From a bacterium (lineage in GTDB: Bacteria > Electryoneota > Electryoneia > Electryoneales > Electryoneaceae): 64,000 nucleotides of DNA. Numbering within the stretch: position 1 is the first letter of the stretch; each line of letters starts with the position of its first letter. The stretch spans positions 5,038 to 69,037 of the forward strand of contig JAHLLB010000021.1 of the NCBI GenBank assembly GCA_020444425.1, given 5' to 3'. Made by a program: the position numbers and the translations under genes. The notes under the pieces were generated by a model that saw only the letters and a list, made by a program, of their open reading frames with translations, was not told where the DNA came from and ran no database searches. Of this stretch, positions 10,730-19,185 are shown piece after piece.

Positions 10730-13083
10730 TGGCAGACCCTGAAGCCGCCAACGGGGAGGATCTGCAACAGACCATACCCGACCTGCTTCCTGTTTTCCCG
10801 GTCCGAGACCAGATCATCTTTCCCCGCATGGTGTTCCCGCTGCTCGTGGGGCGTGAGGGCACGCTCCGCGCGGTCGAGGCGAGCATGATGCAGGAGCGCC
10901 TGCTGCTGCTTCTCGCGCAGAAGGATTCCGGGTCCGACGACATCACGTTTGACGAACTGTACCAGGTCGGTGTCGTCGCCAAGGTCGTGCAGGTGATGAA
11001 GCTGCCAAACGGGCTGGTCAAGGTTCTGGTCGAAGGCTTATCTCGTGCGCAGGTGGTCGAACCGGTCGATCAGGAAGGCTATCTCGGCGCCCGTCTCACC
11101 CCTGTTTTCCCCAGTGACCGTCAGGATATCCGCCTTGAAGGCGCGATGCGGCATGCGATCACGTTGTTCAAGGAATATGTTCCGCTCAACCGGTCGATTC
11201 CGGACGAGCTGCTGTATGCCATCGAAACGCTGAAAGATCCCGACCGCATCAGCGATTTTCTCGCCGCACAGTTGACCGTCCCCTACCAGCGCAAGCAGAA
11301 GATTCTCGAAGCGATTTCGACGTACGAGCAGTTCATCGAAATCGCGAACCAGATCGCGCACGAAATCGAAGTGCTGCAGGTCGAGCGCTCGATCGAAAGC
11401 CAGGTTCGGGAACGGATCAGTGTCTCGCAACGCACCTTCTTCCTGCAGGAACAGCTGCGCGCGATCAAACGCGAACTGGGCGACGAAGCCGAGGACGAGT
11501 TTGGCGACATCAACGCCTACCAGAAGAAGCTTGAGGAGACCAAGCTCAGCGCGGAAGCAAAGGAAAAGGTCGTGGAGGAGCTCAACCGGCTGAAGTCGAT
11601 GCCGATGATGTCGCCGGAAGCGACGGTTGTGCGCAACTACATCGACTGGGTGCTGGCGATTCCGTGGAACAAGAAAACGCGGGACCGGCACGACATCGCC
11701 AAGGCGCGCGAGATCCTCGACAACGATCATTACGGTCTCGAGAAGCCGAAGGATCGCATCCTCGAACACCTCGCGGTGCTGTCGCTGGTCAAGCAGATCC
11801 GTGGGCCGCTTCTGTGTCTCGTCGGACCGCCGGGGGTTGGCAAAACCAGCCTCGGGGCGTCGATTGCGCGGGCATTGAATCGCAAGTTCGTGCGCATCAG
11901 CCTCGGCGGCGTGCGTGACGAAGCCGAGATCCGTGGCCACCGTCGCACCTACATCGGCAGCCAGCCAGGCCGCATCATCCAGTCGATGAAGAAGGCCGGG
12001 GTGACCAACCCGGTGTTCCTGCTGGACGAAGTCGACAAGATGAGCACGGATTTCCGTGGTGATCCCGCCTCCGCCCTGCTCGAAGTGCTCGATCCGGAAC
12101 AGAACCGCACCTTCTCCGATCATTTCCTCGAGGTTGATTACGATCTCAGCCAGGTGATGTTCGTGTGCACGGCGAACACGCGGGACGGCATCCCGTTGCC
12201 GTTGCAGGACCGCATGGAGATCATCGAGCTGCCGGGTTACCTGACCGAAGAGAAAATGCACATCGCGGAAGGCTTCCTGATTCCGAAGCAGCTCAAGGAA
12301 CACGGCCTCGACTCGAAGAAAGTACGCTTCACACGGGACTCCGTGCTGCGCATCATCGAGGAATACACGCGTGAAGCGGGTGTACGTGAACTGGAACGCA
12401 TCATCGCGCGCGGGGTACGCCGTGTCGCACGCCGGCGTGTTGAAAACAAACGGCTGAAGAAGGCCGAGGTGATCGGCGCGGGCCGGCTGAAGTCGTTGCT
12501 CGGCCGATCAACCCACTACAAGCAGGAACTCGACCTCAAGCCGATGGTCGGCGGCGCGGTGGGATTGGCGTGGACACCCGTCGGTGGCGAAGTCCTGCGC
12601 ATCCAGGTCCGGACCATGCCCGGCGAATTCAAGCTGACCCTGACCGGACGCCTCGGCGACGTGATGAAGGAGAGCGCGCAGGCGTCACTCAGCTACATCC
12701 GCAGCCTCGCGCATGAGCTCAACATCCCGCAGGAAATGATCGACAAGCGCGAGATCCACATCCACATCCCCGAGGGCGCGGTGCCGAAGGATGGACCATC
12801 CGCCGGTGTTACGTTGGCGACAGCCCTGCTCAGCGCGTTGACAGGAAAACCGGTGCGCGGCGACCTCGCGATGACTGGCGAAATCGGCCTGCAGGGCGAA
12901 GTTCACCCCGTCGGCGGTATCAACGAAAAGGTGATGGCCGCACAACGTTCCGGTGTGAAGACGATCCTGTTGCCCGAACGCAACCGTCCCGACTGGGATG
13001 ACCGTCCGCGCGGCGTCGGCCGTGGGCTCGAGGTGCATTTTGTGTCGCGTGTGGATGAGGTGTGGGAACGGGCGATGATATGA
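10729..13083 (+). CDS. lon: Lon protease (LonA)
   Basis: ATG overlaps the clpX TGA by 1 nt. Lon N-domain ([13 protein letters not shown]), Walker [10 protein letters not shown], protease motif PKDGPSAGV (catalytic Ser). Confidence 0.95.
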   Translation: MADPEAANGEDLQQTIPDLLPVFPVRDQIIFPRMVFPLLVGREGTLRAVEASMMQERLLLLLAQKDSGSDDITFDELYQVGVVAKVVQVMKLPNGLVKVLVEGLSRAQVVEPVDQEGYLGARLTPVFPSDRQDIRLEGAMRHAITLFKEYVPLNRSIPDELLYAIETLKDPDRISDFLAAQLTVPYQRKQKILEAISTYEQFIEIANQIAHEIEVLQVERSIESQVRERISVSQRTFFLQEQLRAIKRELGDEAEDEFGDINAYQKKLEETKLSAEAKEKVVEELNRLKSMPMMSPEATVVRNYIDWVLAIPWNKKTRDRHDIAKAREILDNDHYGLEKPKDRILEHLAVLSLVKQIRGPLLCLVGPPGVGKTSLGASIARALNRKFVRISLGGVRDEAEIRGHRRTYIGSQPGRIIQSMKKAGVTNPVFLLDEVDKMSTDFRGDPASALLEVLDPEQNRTFSDHFLEVDYDLSQVMFVCTANTRDGIPLPLQDRMEIIELPGYLTEEKMHIAEGFLIPKQLKEHGLDSKKVRFTRDSVLRIIEEYTREAGVRELERIIARGVRRVARRRVENKRLKKAEVIGAGRLKSLLGRSTHYKQELDLKPMVGGAVGLAWTPVGGEVLRIQVRTMPGEFKLTLTGRLGDVMKESAQASLSYIRSLAHELNIPQEMIDKREIHIHIPEGAVPKDGPSAGVTLATALLSALTGKPVRGDLAMTGEIGLQGEVHPVGGINEKVMAAQRSGVKTILLPERNRPDWDDRPRGVGRGLEVHFVSRVDEVWERAMI

Positions 13084-13090
13084 ACTAATC

Positions 13091-13119
13091 TTGATTATCT
13101 TAAAGGAGCTTTGTATACT
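13091..13119 (+). promoter_or_regulatory. candidate sigma70-type promoter of the AT-rich island operon
   Basis: TTGATT (13091..13096), a 17-nt spacer, then TATACT (13114..13119). It lies ~30 nt upstream of the AGGAGG/ATG of the small ORF. Confidence 0.4.
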
Positions 13120-13150
13120 GACAAAAGAGAAAGAGCGACAAGGAGGAATT

Positions 13151-13360
13151 ATGCCTGAGACATTGTTGCCTTCGTTGGCCGTCAAGCGAAGTGAATCTTC
13201 ATTGCTTGACAAGAATCCGCTGCTATCAACCATTTCAACCAATGAGTCAGAAAAGCCCGATAGAGACAAGCACAGAATATCGCAGTCGTTGCGCACCTCT
13301 ACATTGACAGACGTTCGCTCAGAAATGCCTGATAGAGACAAACATAAAAGAATAGCTTGA
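13151..13360 (+). CDS. 69-aa candidate RiPP precursor peptide with two repeated core motifs SE(K/M)PDRDKH
   Basis: Perfect SD AGGAGG (13141..13146) lies 4 nt before the ATG, and the stop is 7 nt before the ATP-grasp ATG. The two repeats (13247..13279, 13319..13354) differ by 3 synonymous changes, 1 nonsynonymous change and one in-frame codon, which favours coding. The ORF track offers a longer TTG-start version, 13091..13360. Confidence 0.55.
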   Translation: MPETLLPSLAVKRSESSLLDKNPLLSTISTNESEKPDRDKHRISQSLRTSTLTDVRSEMPDRDKHKRIA

Positions 13361-13367
13361 TACTCCA

Positions 13368-14303
13368 ATGCTTACAATCCTCACCAGCGATGACGATGCG
13401 ACATCTGACTTTTTCTGCGAATTTCTTGATGCTGAAAAAGCAGATTATAATCGTCTAAACGTTAATACTTTGGTATCATCAAATTCAATTATGATTAATA
13501 ATAATACTACTGATTATACTATTGGCACTAATAGACATAAATTATATAACAATGGTATTGTTTGGTATAGAAGACCTTCTCCACCAAAACTCGCTAGGTT
13601 TAATTCAGATGAACGAGAATTTCTATACAGAGAGTGGCTAGAGATAATTGATGCAATATCTCTATGTCTATGCGACTCCATTTGGATTAACTGGCCGTAC
13701 AATAATTCATTAGCGGATAACAAGATATACCAAATGAGAATAGCAGACAAATGCGGATTTAATGTTCCTTTGTGGATATTGACTAACTCGTATTCAGATA
13801 TTTATGAGTTTGTTATGCTTCACCAAAGCCTTGTAAAGCCATTATCATACGGATCATTCGGACTAGATGAATCAATGGCCATTTATTCAACGATATTAAA
13901 TCCGACGGACATTGAAGAAAATAAAGTATCTCACACACCAGTGTTATTTCAAAAAGTAATTCATAAAGCTTACGATGTACGTGTTACTGTTTTTGGAGAT
14001 AAGGTATTTGCTCACAAAATTTGTCCTAAAGATAATTTTAAGAAACATATAGATTGGCGTGCATATGAACCAAATAGGCTAATTATGAGTGATATAAATA
14101 TTCCTGAATCTGTAGAAGTATCAATTATGAAACTTATGTTGCATTTTAAACTCCGTTTTTCAGCTATTGATTTTTCCGTAACAGAGAAAAATATTTGGTA
14201 TTTTTTAGACTTAAATCCTAATGGTCAGTGGGGATGGCTTGAAATCGCATGCAATACACCTATGCGCAGATCATTTTACGATCATATATTGAGTTTATCA
14301 TGA
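13368..14303 (+). CDS. ATP-grasp ribosomal peptide maturase, MvdC/MvdD-like (graspetide ligase family)
   Basis: The family pattern is present throughout: MLTILTSDDDATSD, VWYRRPSPP, NKIYQMRIADKCGFNVP, LVKPL, DVRVTVFGDKVFA, IDWR, FSAIDF, FLDLNPNGQWGWLE. Very AT-rich codon usage, unlike the flanks. Confidence 0.75.
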   Translation: MLTILTSDDDATSDFFCEFLDAEKADYNRLNVNTLVSSNSIMINNNTTDYTIGTNRHKLYNNGIVWYRRPSPPKLARFNSDEREFLYREWLEIIDAISLCLCDSIWINWPYNNSLADNKIYQMRIADKCGFNVPLWILTNSYSDIYEFVMLHQSLVKPLSYGSFGLDESMAIYSTILNPTDIEENKVSHTPVLFQKVIHKAYDVRVTVFGDKVFAHKICPKDNFKKHIDWRAYEPNRLIMSDINIPESVEVSIMKLMLHFKLRFSAIDFSVTEKNIWYFLDLNPNGQWGWLEIACNTPMRRSFYDHILSLS

Positions 14304-14974
14304 ATATTAGTACATGGACAATTGATAGTCCCAGAGAATATTTGAATCTTATAAGATTATCTTTCTTTCATATTCCCCCTCAAAAACTATATTCTGATAT
14401 AGATTGGAAGTTAATGGAAGAATATCTAAATAGCACAAGCACTGAAACATCAAAAAATGAAGAAGGTCTGATGGAAGAATACACTCTGCTACAAGAGGAA
14501 CACAAAAGCATTGAACGTTCAAAGGAATCTATCGAGTCAAAAGCGAAAATGGTGATAGCCCAATCAAGCACGATTATCATTGTGCTGTCATCTCTCTTTG
14601 CATTATTAGCATATAACACATCAAACTTAGGATCATTAAAAATATTTATCGTCATAATACTATCTCTTGTATTTTGGATTTCTATCAATTATTTCTCTGC
14701 AACAATTTATTCTATTCATGCAATACAGGTTGGATATTCTGTAAAAACACACGTTATAGAATCTGTAAGAGGATACGCACTGATGAAGTTATATGTAGAA
14801 GATAAAAGAGAAATCATAATATCACACAGGTTCATCACGATGATAAAGGCGACTTACTTAAAAGTATCTCTTGCTTTTTTCAAAATAGCGATGATATGGA
14901 CGGTAATAACGATATTAACAGTTGTATTATTTATAGGTACTAGCATATTCTCTACTAGCCTAGTCAAACAGTAA
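14300..14974 (+). CDS. membrane protein of unknown function (charged helical N-terminal half, three predicted TM helices)
   Basis: ATG 14300 overlaps the ATP-grasp TGA (ATGA). ORF track gives 14249..14974. Charged segment EEYTLLQEEHKSIERSKESIESKAK is followed by hydrophobic stretches IAQSSTIIIVLSSLFALLAY, IFIVIILSLVFWISINYFSATIY and LAFFKIAMIWTVITILTVVLFIG. Confidence 0.65.
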   Translation: MNISTWTIDSPREYLNLIRLSFFHIPPQKLYSDIDWKLMEEYLNSTSTETSKNEEGLMEEYTLLQEEHKSIERSKESIESKAKMVIAQSSTIIIVLSSLFALLAYNTSNLGSLKIFIVIILSLVFWISINYFSATIYSIHAIQVGYSVKTHVIESVRGYALMKLYVEDKREIIISHRFITMIKATYLKVSLAFFKIAMIWTVITILTVVLFIGTSIFSTSLVKQ

Positions 14975-15175
14975 TATGCTTAGATAAGATTTATATATTG
15001 TTATTGCAAAGAAAAAATTCCAAATCAACACACTTTATTAGGTATTGAAATAGTTATAAAAACCAAGCTCTACTCCCTCCTCAACTACCTCGTCGCGTCC
15101 TGTTTTGCGACTCGGACGACCTGTGCGATGTTGACCAGAACAGCGGCCCACTGATAGTCCATACAAGGCTGCGTA

Positions 15176-15210
15176 TTTCCTCACAGCTCAAACCTCACAC
15201 CTCATACCTC
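15176..15210. repeat. heptanucleotide tandem array (5 units, NNNNCTC; GAGGTNT on the reverse strand)
   Basis: tttcctc acagctc aaacctc acacctc atacctc, ending 4 nt from the stop codon (15215..15217) of the minus-strand gene. Confidence 0.7.
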
Positions 15211-15214
15211 CACT

Positions 15215-15688
15215 TCACCCATACACAGGCGGATCGCGGCGGGAATCTTCGGGCAGGATGCGGGTCAGTGTCAGGGTTAACGTGCCGTCGTCGGTGAGGT
15301 CGCCTTCGACGTCGTCCAGGGAGTCGTTGGCGAAATCGAGGCTGGCCAGTTCGAGCGAGCGGGCGGTCATGCCGTGCGGGCGGAAGGTTCCGGTCGCGGC
15401 GTCGGCGGGGATGTCGTCCAGGTGGCACTTGATGCTGAACTGCACCCGGTTGGCGAGCACGACCATATCGACACGGAATGTCGACTCGCCGTCCTCATTG
15501 AGCAGACCCTCGATCACCTCTTCACACACCCCGAGCACCGCGACGATGATCCGTTCCAGCTCGAACGCATCGGTACGCAGCCGGCGCAGGGTGACATCGA
15601 CCTTCTCCGCGATCATGCCAAGGAAGGACGTGTCGGCGGGGTATTCGAGCCCCCAGCGGATGGAGAAGACGTTACGGTTCTGGCCCAT
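15215..15688 (-). CDS. hypothetical protein (157 aa)
   Basis: GC3-rich, protein-like composition (MGQNRNVFSIRWGLEYPADTSFLGMIAEKV...). The overlapping plus-strand ORF 15258..15728 is Ser/Arg-rich and looks like a shadow. Confidence 0.55.
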   Translation of the reverse strand: MGQNRNVFSIRWGLEYPADTSFLGMIAEKVDVTLRRLRTDAFELERIIVAVLGVCEEVIEGLLNEDGESTFRVDMVVLANRVQFSIKCHLDDIPADAATGTFRPHGMTARSLELASLDFANDSLDDVEGDLTDDGTLTLTLTRILPEDSRRDPPVYG

Positions 15689-15692
15689 GGAT

Positions 15693-15790
15693 GACGGTAC
15701 TCGGTTGTCGGTTGACGGTTGTCGGTAATCGGTGGCCGGTAAACGGTATTTGGTTTACCGTAGCCCGTAGCTCGCAGCCCGCAGTCCACG
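15693..15790. repeat. heptanucleotide tandem array, 14 degenerate units
   Basis: gacggta ctcggtt gtcggtt gacggtt gtcggta atcggtg gccggta aacggta tttggtt taccgta gcccgta gctcgca gcccgca gtccacg, with strict 7-nt register. It is followed by cgtctgcaagca, a truncated copy of the GTCTGCTTGCAGAC hairpin module. Confidence 0.75.
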
Positions 15791-15855
15791 TCTGCAAGCA
15801 AATGTGAACCTGATCGTCGTTGCTGACAACTGATTACTGAGCACAGAGAACTGTC

Positions 15856-16506
15856 TCACAGAATCCCCATCGAGCGGAGGAAGCCGGCGTCGAGATACGG
15901 ATTGGTTTGTCCTTCTTCGCGGATCGTGGTGGACGGTCCGTGGCCGGGATGCACCTTCGTCTCGCCGGGCAACGCCAGCAGTTTGCTACGGATGCCGTCA
16001 ACCAGTGCGCGTCCATCGCCACCGGGGAAATCAAACCGTCCGATCCCGCCCGCGAACAACGTGTCGCCTGCGAACACATGCCCGCTGTCGTGGTAAAAGA
16101 CGACATGGCCCCGGGTGTGACCGGGAATGTGGATGGTTTCAAGGGTCAGCTCGCCCCAGGTCAGCGTGTCGCCGTTGTCCACGGTCCGTGTCGGGTTGCC
16201 GACATTGAGATCTGCCCCGAAATGTACTGCGAGGTTCAGTTCCGGGTTGGTCAGCATCGGAGCGTCCTCCGGATGGCAGACCACCTCAGCCTTCGGGTAG
16301 CGGTCCCGTAGTTCCGCGACGGCTCCGATGTGGTCGGCATGGCCATGCGTGATCAGTATCGCGGCGGGTTCGATTTCCCATTTGTTGAACGTGTGGACGA
16401 AGCGTTCCGCTTCCGCGCCGGGATCGATGATAACGGCGTCGTTTCCCACGCGCGCGATGAACGCGTTGGTTTCCAGATCTCCCACGGTCAGGCGAACGAT
16501 GTCCAT
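15856..16506 (-). CDS. MBL-fold metallo-hydrolase (hydroxyacylglutathione hydrolase-like)
   Basis: ORF track gives 15856..16539; start set at MDIVRLTVGDLETNAF. Motif THGHADHIG plus downstream HIPGHTRGH and GDTLF. Confidence 0.8.
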   Translation of the reverse strand: MDIVRLTVGDLETNAFIARVGNDAVIIDPGAEAERFVHTFNKWEIEPAAILITHGHADHIGAVAELRDRYPKAEVVCHPEDAPMLTNPELNLAVHFGADLNVGNPTRTVDNGDTLTWGELTLETIHIPGHTRGHVVFYHDSGHVFAGDTLFAGGIGRFDFPGGDGRALVDGIRSKLLALPGETKVHPGHGPSTTIREEGQTNPYLDAGFLRSMGIL

Positions 16507-16597
16507 GACAACCTCAAAGCGTGCAGAAATGAAAAACATCGGTCATGCAGAGCATAACCGATGTTACAAACTGGTCACGGATCAGCCAACCGGCTGA

Positions 16598-18226
16598 CTA
16601 GAACTCACGGAGATACTGCTCGACGAATTCGTTCGGGCGTGACGCCTGGCCGGTCGCGTTGAGCAACAATTCGTTGTACTCCCACAGGGCTCCGTGCTTG
16701 AAGATATGCTCCTTGAACCATTCGCCGATGTGGGCGTCATCCATCCACAGCACCGGGTCCTCGAAGTTGAACTGCTTGATCATCGCGGACGCGAACTGGG
16801 ACGCGTGCCACTCGCCGAGGATGTGGTTGTGCGACTGGACCGGATCCAGCAGCAGCGTCGGGTGCATGACCCAGTCCGCCATGTCTTCACGTCCGGCGGG
16901 ACGGCGCAACAGCTGGAATCGTTCGACCAGGTCCCACCAGCGGTTCTGCTGGTTCTGGTCCGGATCACGGTACAGGCCACGCTCGAAGTGGATCAGCACC
17001 ATCCGCCAGCGGCCTTCAATAATCTGCTGGTAGCGAAGCTCGGTCGGCATTTTCTTGTCGAGGCCACGGATCTGGCTGCCACGCAGGGCGAACATGTTGA
17101 GCAGCCACTCGAAATCGGTCGCGCGGCGTGCGAAGAATCGTCCGACGCCTTCCAGCAGACTCGGGTGCGCGGGTTTGCGCAGGGTGTGCGGCAGGTGCTT
17201 GTCGATCCGGGCAACGTAGCTCGCCTTGCCGAACACGCGCAGAATCTCTTCCGCACCATCCTTGTTCGGTGCCGGGGAGAGCAGCATGCGGAATCCACCC
17301 GACCGGTCAAGGTCGATGAACTCCATCTTCGGATGGACGCTGGTCTGCGTGATCGTCTCGTCCTTGAGGATGCGTTCGGTGGGCAGGCCGACTCCGTTAT
17401 AATATTTCGTTGCCCATTCGAACGGGTCCTTCTCGGCGTACAACGAGTCCACGTTGGTCTCAAACACACCCGGGACTTTCGCAAAGTACGGATCGGAACA
17501 GTACCACGGCTCGAGGTTGATGGCATCCACCTGGAACTTGTCGGAGAGCAGCCGGTCGAGCTGCGCCTTCATCCGGCGGTAGGGTTCCTCCGTGGCAGCA
17601 GCAAAGCTGCTGAGCGCGCTGAACATGCGCGTCTCGTTAATCTCCTGCAGTTCCATGTTCATCCGGTAAAAATCCGGGAATCCGATGGAACGAGCGGCGA
17701 CATTGCGTGCCTTCGCCAGCTCGACGATACTTGGCACCAGATCCGGGCCGTAGGTCTTGCCCGCTTCCCACGCCTGCTTGCGTGCCTCGATGTCGTCACT
17801 CTTGGACATCATCCGCTGTACTTCGGCCATGGTTGACCGCTGCCCGTCCAGTTCAGGGCGGAAATTGCGGATCTTTGCCTCGAGCGCTTTCTCTTTCGAG
17901 ACGATGGAATCATGCACCTCTTCCGGGTACATGTTCGGTGCCATTTCGTAGCGCATGAGGGTGGCCCAGCGTCGCAACAGGACATCCTGCACGCCTGGGT
18001 CGGAAAGCCGTTCGCCGATTTCGTCAAACAGCTGACGGTCGCCCAGTTCCTTGCGGTAGGCAAGTTCGGCCTCCTGACTCCTGGCCATCGTCTCGTCATC
18101 CGGCGACTGCATCGCCTGCCAGTTTGCCGTAGCACGATTGACCCGAATCGGGGTGAAACGTTTTTCCGTGGATTCGAGAATATCTCTGAGAGCGCTTTCG
18201 ACTTCCGGGTTTCCGGTCACCGACAT
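16598..18226 (-). CDS. M3/M2-like (gluzincin-fold) peptidase homologue without a recognisable HExxH motif
   Basis: 542 aa with the overall layout of oligoendopeptidase-F/ACE-like enzymes (ANWQA near the N-terminus, LLEGVGRFFA where the third-ligand Glu helix is expected). Where HExxH is expected the sequence reads RVFGK, and there is no HExxH anywhere in the ORF. Confidence 0.5.
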   Translation of the reverse strand: MSVTGNPEVESALRDILESTEKRFTPIRVNRATANWQAMQSPDDETMARSQEAELAYRKELGDRQLFDEIGERLSDPGVQDVLLRRWATLMRYEMAPNMYPEEVHDSIVSKEKALEAKIRNFRPELDGQRSTMAEVQRMMSKSDDIEARKQAWEAGKTYGPDLVPSIVELAKARNVAARSIGFPDFYRMNMELQEINETRMFSALSSFAAATEEPYRRMKAQLDRLLSDKFQVDAINLEPWYCSDPYFAKVPGVFETNVDSLYAEKDPFEWATKYYNGVGLPTERILKDETITQTSVHPKMEFIDLDRSGGFRMLLSPAPNKDGAEEILRVFGKASYVARIDKHLPHTLRKPAHPSLLEGVGRFFARRATDFEWLLNMFALRGSQIRGLDKKMPTELRYQQIIEGRWRMVLIHFERGLYRDPDQNQQNRWWDLVERFQLLRRPAGREDMADWVMHPTLLLDPVQSHNHILGEWHASQFASAMIKQFNFEDPVLWMDDAHIGEWFKEHIFKHGALWEYNELLLNATGQASRPNEFVEQYLREF

Positions 18227-18411
18227 TCTCCTGCTTGGGAAGCTGATGCGGACAAGTTGTTTTGCGGACGGGATTTCTCACTCTTCCCCGTACAGCCCGG
18301 GAAGGTACGTTTACACATGGTTCCAGTGCAAACCTCATTTCCCACTCATCGTTCCTCCCCTCTCAAGGCAGGGGTGAGCGAATATGCTTTGGATGTGTTA
18401 CCTTTTTCACC

Positions 18412-19137
18412 ATGGCGCAACTTGAAGTGTACCGCATCGAACACGATCAGCTGGATGAATCCGCTGGGACCGCCGTGCTTACAGGCGATGAGGCGCATCA
18501 CCTGCTCCGGGTCCGGCGTGCGACTTCCGGCGACCGGGTGATGCTGATCGACGGGCATGGGACTGCGTGGGCTGCCGAACTGCGAGAGGTGGACGGTAAA
18601 ACGGCGCTCTTCTCAATGGATGAACGGTTCGATTCCTGGCGCGAACCTCCGGTTCAGGTTCATCTCGGGCTGGCGATCCTGAAGGGCGATCACTGGTTTG
18701 CGGCGTTGGACGGTTGCGTGCAGGCGGGAGTACACGAAGTGACACCACTGACCAGCGAACGCAGCATCGCCGGCTGGAAAGACAACAAGGCTGTGCGTGC
18801 GGACCGTCGCTCGCTCGAAGCGGCGAAACAGTGCGGACGTGGCTGTGTGCCTCCAGTACACCCCGTACAACCCCTCGTCCGGTGGTGCATCCAAGTTGCA
18901 GACGCAACGCACAAGCTGATCGCTGAGCCGGGTGGTGAACCGTTGCCCACGCTGATCCCGGGCGAAACTGCGGCGGTCGCCATCGGACCGGAGGGCGGAT
19001 TCAGCGACGCAGAGCTCGAACAGTTCGCTGAACACCGCTTTGCCCGGGTTGATCTGGGGCCGCGCCGGTTCCGGGCGGAAATGGCGGCGATGGTGAGTGT
19101 TGCACGGCTGATTGGCCTCGCCGAATCAGCCACCTGA
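18412..19137 (+). CDS. rsmE: 16S rRNA (uracil1498-N3)-methyltransferase
   Basis: ORF track gives 18262..19137; start at MAQLEVYRIE. Motifs GDEAHHLLRVRR and IGPEGGFSDAELE. Confidence 0.8.
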   Translation: MAQLEVYRIEHDQLDESAGTAVLTGDEAHHLLRVRRATSGDRVMLIDGHGTAWAAELREVDGKTALFSMDERFDSWREPPVQVHLGLAILKGDHWFAALDGCVQAGVHEVTPLTSERSIAGWKDNKAVRADRRSLEAAKQCGRGCVPPVHPVQPLVRWCIQVADATHKLIAEPGGEPLPTLIPGETAAVAIGPEGGFSDAELEQFAEHRFARVDLGPRRFRAEMAAMVSVARLIGLAESAT

Positions 19138-19185
19138 CGAAAAACATACGTTTTCAAGATAACCTGAAACGAAGAGACGAGACCC

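Noticed and set aside
12685-13368. 227-aa minus-strand ORF bridging the lon 3' end and the AT-rich island. Its translation also shows the repeat (LCLSLSG.S).
   Set aside because: Half of it is antisense to the conserved lon protease domain and it has no start context. The plus-strand small ORF has a perfect SD, a promoter match and a synonymous-substitution pattern in its frame.
15613-15801. 62-aa minus-strand ORF (…TDNRQPTTEYRHPW…) and the similar ORF 21439..21651 (…PADHRPPTTDRPPNPPP…).
   Set aside because: These are translations of the heptanucleotide arrays, and the apparent peptide repeats are a by-product of the DNA periodicity.
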